The notes below the pieces were generated by a model that did not search any database, had not been told where the DNA came from, and saw only the letters and a list, made by a program, of their open reading frames with translations. From Thermoanaerobaculia bacterium (GTDB taxonomy: Bacteria; Acidobacteriota; Thermoanaerobaculia; Gp7-AA8), in the NCBI GenBank assembly GCA_036488085.1, contig DASXHZ010000089.1:5578-69577 (forward strand): a stretch of DNA of 64,000 nt, read 5' to 3'. Shown here in pieces: positions 10,438 to 18,223 of the stretch. A program made the translations under genes and the position numbers. Numbering within the stretch: position 1 is the first letter of the stretch; each line of letters starts with the position of its first letter.

Positions 10438-10987
10438 TGTGGCCGTCTTGCGGCGCGACCCAGACGGTGTAGCGGTCGCCCGTGTTCGCGTCGGTGAAGT
10501 CATAGCGGCGGAGGTTGCCCTCCATGGAGAGCTGCGGCGTCCCCTCTTTCTTCTGCGGATCGGGGAAAACAGTGAGCCGCTCCCACAGTTTCTCGAACTT
10601 CCGCGGGATGTCCTTCACCGCTTTTCCCTTGTGCGTCCAGACGATCCCGGTGGCCTTAGCCTCCGCTCTCCACTCGCCGTCGCTCGTGTCGACGATCAGT
10701 AGCTCGGCGCCAGGCGTCTTCCGGATCATGTCGCCCGCGCCGTCCGTGGACTTGAACTGGAGCATTGCCGCGATGCGGATGCAGTCGACCGCGGCAGCGT
10801 ACGAGCCATCGCCGGCGCAATGCTGCGGCGTCGACTTGAGCGGCCGCTTCACCGCCTCGGGCGTAGGAGCCGGATGACGGATAACGGATAACGGATGACG
10901 ACTCACGGGAGGTTGCGGCTTCACGGGGTGCTCGCGCCCGCACGCAACGACAACCGCAAGAGCGAGAACGACGATCGAACGGCGCAT
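10394..10987 (-). CDS. hypothetical lipoprotein
   Basis: MRRSIVVLALAVVVAC lipobox-like N-terminus; co-oriented 13 nt downstream of the PilZ gene. Confidence 0.5.
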   Translation of the reverse strand: MRRSIVVLALAVVVACGREHPVKPQPPVSRHPLSVIRHPAPTPEAVKRPLKSTPQHCAGDGSYAAAVDCIRIAAMLQFKSTDGAGDMIRKTPGAELLIVDTSDGEWRAEAKATGIVWTHKGKAVKDIPRKFEKLWERLTVFPDPQKKEGTPQLSMEGNLRRYDFTDANTGDRYTVWVAPQDGHITKMQVNSWSIWFA

Positions 10988-11000
10988 CACGCCGCCGATT

Positions 11001-11347
11001 CTAATCGCCCTCTTCGCGCGGTTTCTCGAGGACCTGTTGAATGCGTTCGGCATCCGTTTCGGAGAGGTCGCGGAACTCGACGCCGACGTCGAAGCGGCCG
11101 TCGCGCAGCTCGTTCTCGTAGATCACGCGGGCGCGTGCCGTGACGACGCCTCCCTCCACGGCGATGAGGAGCTCGAGCGTCGAGCCGACGCCGATCCGTT
11201 CGCCGCTGACGACGGAACAACCGCCGACGGCGATCGTCTTCGTTTGCGCGAACCCCTCCATCTCGTCGCCGAGGCGTTTGAGCAGCACCGAATGGTGCGA
11301 GGCAATGCGCGGAAAGCGGCGTCGCGCCGAGAGATCTTCAGCAGCCA
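11001..11347 (-). CDS. stand-alone PilZ domain protein (putative c-di-GMP receptor)
   Basis: RRRFPR (RxxxR) followed by TIAVGG (DxSxxG-like) beta-barrel motif; ATG verified at 11347. Confidence 0.6.
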
Positions 11348-11397
11348 TGTTGGAGGACCCGGGCGGATTATCGCGGATTTCGAACGGTGCGACAACG

Positions 11398-12894
11398 TCA
11401 GTGGCGGACCGCGCGGTGGCGGGTGTCGACATACGTCGCAACCGACATCCGAAAGACCACCGAGACCGACTGCCCGCTCGAGATCGGGACCGGTTGCGCC
11501 GCGTCGTAGCTCGCAGCTCCGTCATAGAACGAAGGTGCGTAGTGCTGCAACGGATCGGACGCGACGAACTTGTACGTGCCCGGCGGCAGCGCCAGAGCGA
11601 ACGCGCCGGAAAGGGATGAACCGACACGCGCGATGTGGAACCCGTTCGCGTCGTACACGTCGATGAGGATGTTGCCGAGCGGGGCGCCGCTCACGGCGTC
11701 GACCACGTTCCCATTCACGGTTCCCGCGACCTGCATGACCAGATCGAGCCCGGAGATCGTCTGCGACGGCGCAACAGTGACGCTCGACTCCGATTCGAAG
11801 CTGACAGCACCGTTCAGATACGCATTGGCGTACTGCCCGGCCGAGTCGAAGGCGATGACCTTGAACGTGCCGGGCGGCACGACCAGCGTGTATTGACCGT
11901 TGACCGCGAACGTCACCGTTCGGACGCTGCCATCAGGGTTGTACGCCGCGACGAGCACGTTCGACAGCGGCGAGCCGCCCGACGTCCGGACGGTGCCGGT
12001 GAGATGGCCCGCGCGAGTCAGCGTGGCGTTCACATTCGTCGCCGGTGCCGTGACCGCCGAGGCGGCGAGGAATGACTCGGCGTTGGGGTAGAAGACCGCG
12101 GCGTAGACGCCGTTCGGATCCTCGAACACCATCCTGTACGTCCCGCTTCGCAGCGAGAGCTGATAGTGGCCGCTCGCGTCGGTGGTCGTGCCGAAGACGA
12201 TTCCGCTGTTGCCGTAGGCATTCACGATGACGCCGTTCAGCGGCGCCCCCGTTGTATCCGTGACCGTCCCGCTGATATGCACCGCCTCGGGGAGCGCGAA
12301 GTTGGCAATCGTCGTCTGTGAGACGGTAACGCCGAGGAGATCGGCCGACGAGAACGTCTCACGGCCGTTGTAGAACGTCGTCACGTACTTCAGCGTCGTG
12401 TCGAAAGCAGCAACCGCGTACGTACCCGGAGGCACGGCGAGAACATAGTGGCCGGCGCTGTCCGTCTGCGTGAATCCGCGCCGCGTCCCGTTCGTGTTGT
12501 AAGCGGCCACCGTGATGCCCGGCAGCGGCGTTCCGCTCTGCGACGCGACCGTGCCGGCGAGATATCCCGCCTTCACGAGCGCGAAGTTGATGTTCGTCAG
12601 ATCGCCGTTGACGTTCAGCAGCGTCGAGGTCTCGAACGACTCGGCATCGGCGTAGTAGCTCGTCGCGTAGAGGGCGCTCGGGTCGTACGCCAGGAGGTGA
12701 TACGCGCCGGGATTCACCGTCAGCGTGTACGCTCCGCTCGAATTCGTGGTCGCCTGCGCCACGAAATTGCCGCTCCCGTCATACGCCGCGACGACCATTC
12801 CTGGCGCGGGCGTGACCGTGCCGCTGATCGTGGCTGCCGAAGCGGCGGTGGCGATGAGTAGGGCAAAAAAAGTGGCGAAAAGGCGCGGTTTCAT
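11398..12894 (-). CDS. secreted protein of ~8 tandem carboxypeptidase-regulatory-like (CarbopepD_reg/Cna-B type) repeats
   Basis: signal peptide; repeated ~60-aa units of the form GxVxDxxGxPLxxVxVxAYxxxG....TxxxGxYxLxVxPGxY. Confidence 0.7.
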   Translation of the reverse strand: MKPRLFATFFALLIATAASAATISGTVTPAPGMVVAAYDGSGNFVAQATTNSSGAYTLTVNPGAYHLLAYDPSALYATSYYADAESFETSTLLNVNGDLTNINFALVKAGYLAGTVASQSGTPLPGITVAAYNTNGTRRGFTQTDSAGHYVLAVPPGTYAVAAFDTTLKYVTTFYNGRETFSSADLLGVTVSQTTIANFALPEAVHISGTVTDTTGAPLNGVIVNAYGNSGIVFGTTTDASGHYQLSLRSGTYRMVFEDPNGVYAAVFYPNAESFLAASAVTAPATNVNATLTRAGHLTGTVRTSGGSPLSNVLVAAYNPDGSVRTVTFAVNGQYTLVVPPGTFKVIAFDSAGQYANAYLNGAVSFESESSVTVAPSQTISGLDLVMQVAGTVNGNVVDAVSGAPLGNILIDVYDANGFHIARVGSSLSGAFALALPPGTYKFVASDPLQHYAPSFYDGAASYDAAQPVPISSGQSVSVVFRMSVATYVDTRHRAVRH

Positions 12895-14072
12895 CGAGCT
12901 CGCGTCAATGCAATGCGAACCGTGTTCCGCATCCTCTCGCTCTGCGCCACGCTCCAGTCGAGCGGCTGTGCCGAAAGGGTCACGTCGTGCGGCTGGTTGA
13001 AGAGCACCACCGCCCGGATTCCGGCGTACTTGTCGTGCATGTCGCGGAACGCGCTGTCATACCACTGGACCGCGTCGCCGCCCGACGCCAGCGAGCCGAA
13101 CTCCGTGATCATGATCGGCTTCCCGAACTTCTGCAGCGTCGGATACGCCTTCTCGATGATCTGGTGGAACGTCCACCAACGCGACCACTGCGCGACGTCG
13201 CCGTAGTTCAGGACCCCCGTGCCGATCCAGTCGACCCACTCCGGCCCCGGGTAGTAATACTCGAACCATGGCATCGAGATGTGCGGCGACCAGACCCATA
13301 GGACATTTGTCGCGTTCATCTTCTGGAAGATGAGGTGGACGTGCTTCCACGCGGCGATGAAGTCGTCGGGACGGTTCCCGTTCTGCGGCCCCCACGGATA
13401 CCGGTACGGATCGTTCATCTCATGCGCGAAGCGGAGGAAGATCGGTTTCCGGTACTGCGCCGCACCGCGCGCCCACGCGGCGATGTAGAAGTCGTAGTCG
13501 CCGCGCGCGATGGCTGCAAGCGAGGCGTACTCGCGCTCGGCCGGCGGCGGCAGGTTCGTTCGAAGCGTCGAGTCGAAGTCGCGCACCCACGGCTCCCACG
13601 TCACCATCGGCACCGAGCCGAGGCGGTCGATCGTCTCCATCGTGCGGAGCGGGAAGTGCGCCTCGTCCGGACGGTCGCCCCACGCCTGATAGAACGAGAT
13701 GATCGGAAAGCGGTACTGCATTTGCGACTCGAGCTGTGTGAAGCCGTTGAACGACTCGGGGAAATTGCCGTCGAAAGCGCCGAACAGCAGGCGGTTCGGC
13801 TTCGCGAGCCACGCGCGCGACTCCAGCGACGGATAGAGAGTCTGCATGTCATCACGCCGCGAACCGTGCCGCGTCTTCTCGAGCGCCGACCCCTCGGTAT
13901 CCGAGATCGTCTGCCCGACCCGCGCCAGATTCTCCTCGATCGAGTCGTACCCGAGGCGGAGGTAGCGGCGGACGCCGAACTGGAACGCGACGCCGATCGC
14001 GATCAGCCAGCCGAGGGCGAAGAAGGCGACTTCGTAGCGGCGTCGGGCCGTGTGTGATCGGAGTCTTTCCAT
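12891..14072 (-). CDS. membrane-anchored clan GH-A glycoside hydrolase, GH26-like
   Basis: N-terminal TM helix; RFAHEMN (GH26 acid/base RxxHExN) and MITEFG (nucleophile) motifs; ATG at 14072 verified; 4-nt overlap with downstream gene. Confidence 0.7.
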   Translation of the reverse strand: MERLRSHTARRRYEVAFFALGWLIAIGVAFQFGVRRYLRLGYDSIEENLARVGQTISDTEGSALEKTRHGSRRDDMQTLYPSLESRAWLAKPNRLLFGAFDGNFPESFNGFTQLESQMQYRFPIISFYQAWGDRPDEAHFPLRTMETIDRLGSVPMVTWEPWVRDFDSTLRTNLPPPAEREYASLAAIARGDYDFYIAAWARGAAQYRKPIFLRFAHEMNDPYRYPWGPQNGNRPDDFIAAWKHVHLIFQKMNATNVLWVWSPHISMPWFEYYYPGPEWVDWIGTGVLNYGDVAQWSRWWTFHQIIEKAYPTLQKFGKPIMITEFGSLASGGDAVQWYDSAFRDMHDKYAGIRAVVLFNQPHDVTLSAQPLDWSVAQSERMRNTVRIALTRAR

Positions 14073-15610
14073 GCCGCGTACAAGCGTCCGCTCATGAAGA
14101 CGACGTTGACGGCGACGAAACCGATCATGCCCGCCGTCGCCTCCGTGGTGATGCGCACCTGCGCCTCCGAAAGGACGAACAGGCGTTGCATCACCGCGTA
14201 AACGACCGTCGCTGCTGAGAGCGTGACGACGCTCAGCGGAACGGCCGCTAAACGCCAGAAATTGCCCGTGCGCCGCTCCTTCGCCGTCGGGATGTACGGC
14301 ACCGCGACATTGCCGAGCGCGAGCATGAACGCCTTCAGATAGACGCTCCAGCAACCGATCTTGAGCAGCGTTCCGCGCCAGTGCCACCCGCGCTCGCGAG
14401 CTGGATCGCACATCCACCGCTGGACGAATCGATAGATCGCCACGCCGAACACGCCGACCGGCAGCGCATGGACGACGTATTCGGAAAGGAACATCGCAGC
14501 CGGCTGCAATCCGGTGAGGAGGTAGAGCAGCGGAATCGTCAGGTAGATGAGCGAGGTCAGCCCGACGAGGTAGTAGGTTCCGATCATCGCGTACGAAATC
14601 CGCTGATGGTTGGTCAGGTGCCGGAAGGCGCGCGGGTATTCGCGGAAGAGGACTTCGTACACCCCCCTCGCCCACTTCAGTTGCTGCCTGAGAAACGAGT
14701 CGAGGTCTTCCGGGACGAGGCCGCGCGCGACGACCTCCGGCACGTAAACCGACTTCCACCCTTTCGCGTGCAGCCGGATCGCCGTGACGAGATCCTCGGC
14801 CAGTCCGATTCCGTGGCCGCCGATCGAGTCGAGCGCCGCGCGCCGGAATGTGCAGTTCGCTCCGATCGCGACCGCCGTCCCAGTTCCGTGCATCCCCTGG
14901 AGGATCGGTCCGTAGAACGAGAACGTCTGCTCCGCCGCCGCGCGCGCGACGAACGAACGCGGTGCGTTGTAGTACGTCTGCGCCACCTGCACGAACCCGA
15001 CGTGCTCGTCATCGAAGTAGCCGAGCACACGGTCGAGGAACTCCGGAAACGGGACGTGGTCGGGATCGAGCACGAGGACGATCTCTTCGGTCGTCCGCTT
15101 CAGCGCCGCATTGACCTTCCCCGCCTTCGCGGCCGGTATGCCGACAAGCTCGAGGTGCACCGTGCCCATCTCCTCCGCGAGCGCCGCTATCTGCGGGTCA
15201 CGCGTGTCGTCGAGGAGATACGTCGTATGCGGATACTGGACGTCCCGCGCCGCCGCGAGCGTCCTCTCGAACATCGCCAACGGCTCCCCCGGCGCCGCCG
15301 TCGTGAAAATCGCGACTGTTCTCTGTAGCGCTGGCAATCCCGCGGGCGCCGGCTGTTCGATATGAAAAACGTTGTACCAACCCACCAGCATCCGCGAGAT
15401 GCCGTACCACGTCGCGAACGACAGCAGCACGAACAGCGGCAGGTTCCCGACGTGCTCCGCGCGGAACCACCAGAGGGCGAAGATCACTACGCTCTGCAGG
15501 CCGAGGAAAAGCAGCACGCCGAGAACCCACCGCTCCCACCGCGCGATCGGTTTCGCGCGGCGCCAGCGGAAGACCTCAGAACCGTCCTGCCACGCTCGCG
15601 TGGATCTCAT
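14003..15610 (-). CDS. processive family-2 glycosyltransferase, cellulose-synthase-like, no PilZ domain
   Basis: LLDDT, VLDPD, AEDL and QQLKW (D,D,D,QxxRW) motifs with 2 TM helices N-terminal and several C-terminal. Confidence 0.8.
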   Translation of the reverse strand: MRSTRAWQDGSEVFRWRRAKPIARWERWVLGVLLFLGLQSVVIFALWWFRAEHVGNLPLFVLLSFATWYGISRMLVGWYNVFHIEQPAPAGLPALQRTVAIFTTAAPGEPLAMFERTLAAARDVQYPHTTYLLDDTRDPQIAALAEEMGTVHLELVGIPAAKAGKVNAALKRTTEEIVLVLDPDHVPFPEFLDRVLGYFDDEHVGFVQVAQTYYNAPRSFVARAAAEQTFSFYGPILQGMHGTGTAVAIGANCTFRRAALDSIGGHGIGLAEDLVTAIRLHAKGWKSVYVPEVVARGLVPEDLDSFLRQQLKWARGVYEVLFREYPRAFRHLTNHQRISYAMIGTYYLVGLTSLIYLTIPLLYLLTGLQPAAMFLSEYVVHALPVGVFGVAIYRFVQRWMCDPARERGWHWRGTLLKIGCWSVYLKAFMLALGNVAVPYIPTAKERRTGNFWRLAAVPLSVVTLSAATVVYAVMQRLFVLSEAQVRITTEATAGMIGFVAVNVVFMSGRLYAAWKDSDHTRPDAATKSPSSPSAG

Positions 15611-16751
15611 TCGCCGTATAGAACGCGGTTCGCGACCGCTCCGCCGAGACGTTCAATATCGCGCCACTCGCGAGCGGGAACGCCGTCGATACCGCCACGC
15701 GCCATGGGTGGAAGGTACCGGCGACGCGATCGTATGCGACACCGGCGTCGACGTGTAGGCCGAGACGCTTCCACGTCGTTGCGGCGATCGCACGCCCTTC
15801 GCGCTCGCCGATCGGCGTCCAGTAGGGATCGTACGTGCCGTTCACGAAGTGCGACTCCTTCGTATCGCGGTACCCCGCCGAGGCGCCAAGGAGGAACGAG
15901 CGCACCGGAACCAGCCAATAGCCGTCCACGTTGTTGCCGCTGTTCTGGTCGAAATACCGGAAGTGCGACGCCGAAAATGCAGCATTTCCGTTCGGCGTCC
16001 ACCGGAGCGCCGTCACGTCCGCGAACGGATGCGAACGCACTGCCGTGGCGCTGCGAAGGAGCGCGCGCCGGTCGAACGACAGCGACAGCCTGCCGCGCGT
16101 GACCGTCGCATCGGGCATGATCTGCGATCGGCCGTCCGGAAACCGCGTCCAACCGAGCCCCGCGGCGACCGTCGTTCGCGAATGCGGAAGCACCGCGGAG
16201 ACGCCGCCGCGAACCGTCTCCGAGTCGTCGTCGCCGAGGTTTGTGTTCATCCGGAGGGCGGAGCCGGAGAGCGACCACTTCGTGAGCGGATCGAAGAGGC
16301 CGTAGACCATTGCAGAGGGCATGAACAGCCGCGCCGGCTGGTCGTCGTCGATGAAGCCGCCGTCGACGACATACCCCGGCCGCGACTGCGCACGGATCTC
16401 CTCGAGGCCGCGTCTCGCGTCGTTGTCCTTCGGGTCGCGCGCGACGAGCGCCGCGAACAGCCGCTCCGCCTCGCGGTACCGGCCTTCCCACAGGTACACG
16501 CGCGCCAGCGCCAGTTGCGCGTCGCGTGACTCGGGCGCCTGCCGCACCGCCTCCAGCGCCACCCGCTCCGCGCCGACGAGATCGTTCTTCTGGGCGAGCT
16601 CCGTCACGCGGTCGAGCACCTGCGCCGTCTGGAGGAAGATGAACAGAACCGCAACCACGAGCGGCATTATGAACGGCGCGCCCCACGTCAGCACGATACG
16701 AACGCGCTCGCGAAAGGCGCCCTGGGCGCGCCTACGGCGCACAGCGCTCAC
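15576..16751 (-). CDS. TPR-containing outer-membrane beta-barrel exporter (PgaA/BcsC-like)
   Basis: N-terminal hydrophobic segment, TPR-like helical region, then alternating-hydrophobic beta-strand region ending in aromatic residue (..SVAGRF). Confidence 0.55.
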   Translation of the reverse strand: MSAVRRRRAQGAFRERVRIVLTWGAPFIMPLVVAVLFIFLQTAQVLDRVTELAQKNDLVGAERVALEAVRQAPESRDAQLALARVYLWEGRYREAERLFAALVARDPKDNDARRGLEEIRAQSRPGYVVDGGFIDDDQPARLFMPSAMVYGLFDPLTKWSLSGSALRMNTNLGDDDSETVRGGVSAVLPHSRTTVAAGLGWTRFPDGRSQIMPDATVTRGRLSLSFDRRALLRSATAVRSHPFADVTALRWTPNGNAAFSASHFRYFDQNSGNNVDGYWLVPVRSFLLGASAGYRDTKESHFVNGTYDPYWTPIGEREGRAIAATTWKRLGLHVDAGVAYDRVAGTFHPWRVAVSTAFPLASGAILNVSAERSRTAFYTANEIHASVAGRF

Positions 16752-17049
16752 AACCTCCCTACATCACGCCTTCGGCGGCGTCATCGATGGATCGTGCGGA
16801 GCGCCGGCGCGTTCGTCGTCGTGGCCAGCGTCGTTGCCGGTGCCGTACTCGGAGTGGGCGACTGAGGGTCCTGAGCCGTCTTCTTACGGCGCGAGAAGCT
16901 CCTCAACCGCTTCACTTCCTGAATGTGCGGCACCAGGACCGCGTTGTCCGGATTCCGTATGAGCTGCGTCCCGATTGCGACCGCCTGCGCCGTAATGAAC
17001 GCGAGCTTCTGACGGCGCAACGTCATACAAGCGGAGTGAATATACGGCC

Positions 17050-17535
17050 CCGCGATACGGCGAGGGCGCCCCTCGCAGCGGCAACGGAGCCCCTCGTTGC
17101 GGCCGGGTCGCCACTCAAGGTCGTCAACCCACCCCCTCGACGTGGCGAGAGTGCCCCTCGCAGTGGTGCGCGGCCTCTCGACGCCGGCGGTACGCCCTCT
17201 CCAAGGGGAAAGGCGGCCCCTCCAAGGGGGAGCGCGGTCGCTTCCTGGTGAAGATGTTGCCCCTCGCAGTGACCGCGTTGCCGCTTCCGGTGGCCACGCG
17301 GCCCCTCGCGGTGGACGCTGTCCCGCTCGATGCGATTCCGCGGCCCCTCGTCGTGGACGTCGTACTCACTCGCGGGGGCCACGGTCCCCCTCGGAGCGGC
17401 CGCGGTTTCCCCTCGCGGGGCCACCTACCCTCACGGAGGGTCCGGCGTCTCACTCGCGGGGGCCACGATCCCGTTCGCGGCGGCCGCCGTCCTACGCGCA
17501 GCGGCAACGATCCCGCTCGCAAGAGCCGCCGGCGC
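17050..17535. repeat. degenerate 21-bp tandem repeat array (~23 units, core CCCCTCGCGG)
   Basis: CCTCG-type cores recur at 17071, 17092, 17135, 17156, 17217, 17262, 17304, 17325, 17346, 17389, 17411, 17473... with 21-22 bp spacing. Confidence 0.7.
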
Positions 17536-17672
17536 ACTTCTGACGGTACGGTCTTCCCCCGATGTGATTGCGCGCCCGCTGCTGTTGGCCGTGCCGGCGC
17601 CGCGGGCTAGACCTGCACCGCATCCCGTTCGGGTCGTATAGGGCTCGAGCGCTCCATGACCGCGCTGCACCA

Positions 17673-18170
17673 TTACCGGCGACGCGGGATATTCGCCAGC
17701 ATCGAGCCGTCGCCGACCTTCCCGCGTGCGACGACGGTGAGCTCGCCGTTCGGCTCGAGCACGACGGCGGCGACGTCACCGATCGAGCCGAGGCCTTGCC
17801 GGCGAATGGCGTGATTGACCTCGTCTTCGCTGAACGCCTCTTGCAGCATCATGTCGTGCAGGTACTGGCCATCCTCGACGAGCATCACCGCCGTCGAGGT
17901 TGCCACGTGCTCGAATCTGCGCGACCGCGCCGCGATGTAGGCGACGAGGAGCTCGAGGCTGACCGGAACGGCGAGCGCGATCACCGCCTGGCCCGCCGAG
18001 ATGTCCTTCGAAGTAACGATCGTGGCCATGGTCGAACCGAGCGCGATGACGATGACGAAATCGAACACGTGCAACGTGGCGAGCGTTCGCTTTCCGGCCA
18101 GTCGGAGAACGATCGAGAGGCCGACATAGACAGTCACGGCCGCGACAAACGTGTGAAGGAGCGGTCCCAT
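17673..18170 (-). CDS. DUF421/YetF-like membrane protein
   Basis: 165-aa C-terminal part of long ORF; ATG verified at 18170; TM helices plus conserved C-terminal soluble domain. Confidence 0.55.
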   Translation of the reverse strand: MGPLLHTFVAAVTVYVGLSIVLRLAGKRTLATLHVFDFVIVIALGSTMATIVTSKDISAGQAVIALAVPVSLELLVAYIAARSRRFEHVATSTAVMLVEDGQYLHDMMLQEAFSEDEVNHAIRRQGLGSIGDVAAVVLEPNGELTVVARGKVGDGSMLANIPRRR

Positions 18171-18223
18171 CCGCCTTTCATCTCCAGCGTAAGCCGTGCC
18201 ACCGATCCGGCGACGTCCTCCCT

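Noticed and set aside
10870-10900. GGATAACGG tandem repeat as a regulatory site
   Set aside because: It lies inside the lipoprotein coding sequence and encodes a HPLSVIRHP peptide repeat. Similarity to the pstB-phoU heptamers is probably coincidental.
12891-14759. Full 622-aa ORF as the hydrolase gene
   Set aside because: The N-terminal 229 residues are Arg/Pro/Gly-rich out-of-frame-looking sequence overlapping the GT2 gene. The internal ATG at 14072 immediately precedes the TM anchor and was chosen instead.
16781-17026. 81-aa minus-strand ORF just upstream of the exporter gene
   Set aside because: The first ~45 residues look protein-like but the remainder is low-complexity (TAPATTLATTTNAPA). 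There is no motif support and it could be leader sequence, so it was not called.
17050-17535. Possible CRISPR array
   Set aside because: Units are degenerate 21-bp tandem copies with no interspersed unique spacers, and no cas genes are present.
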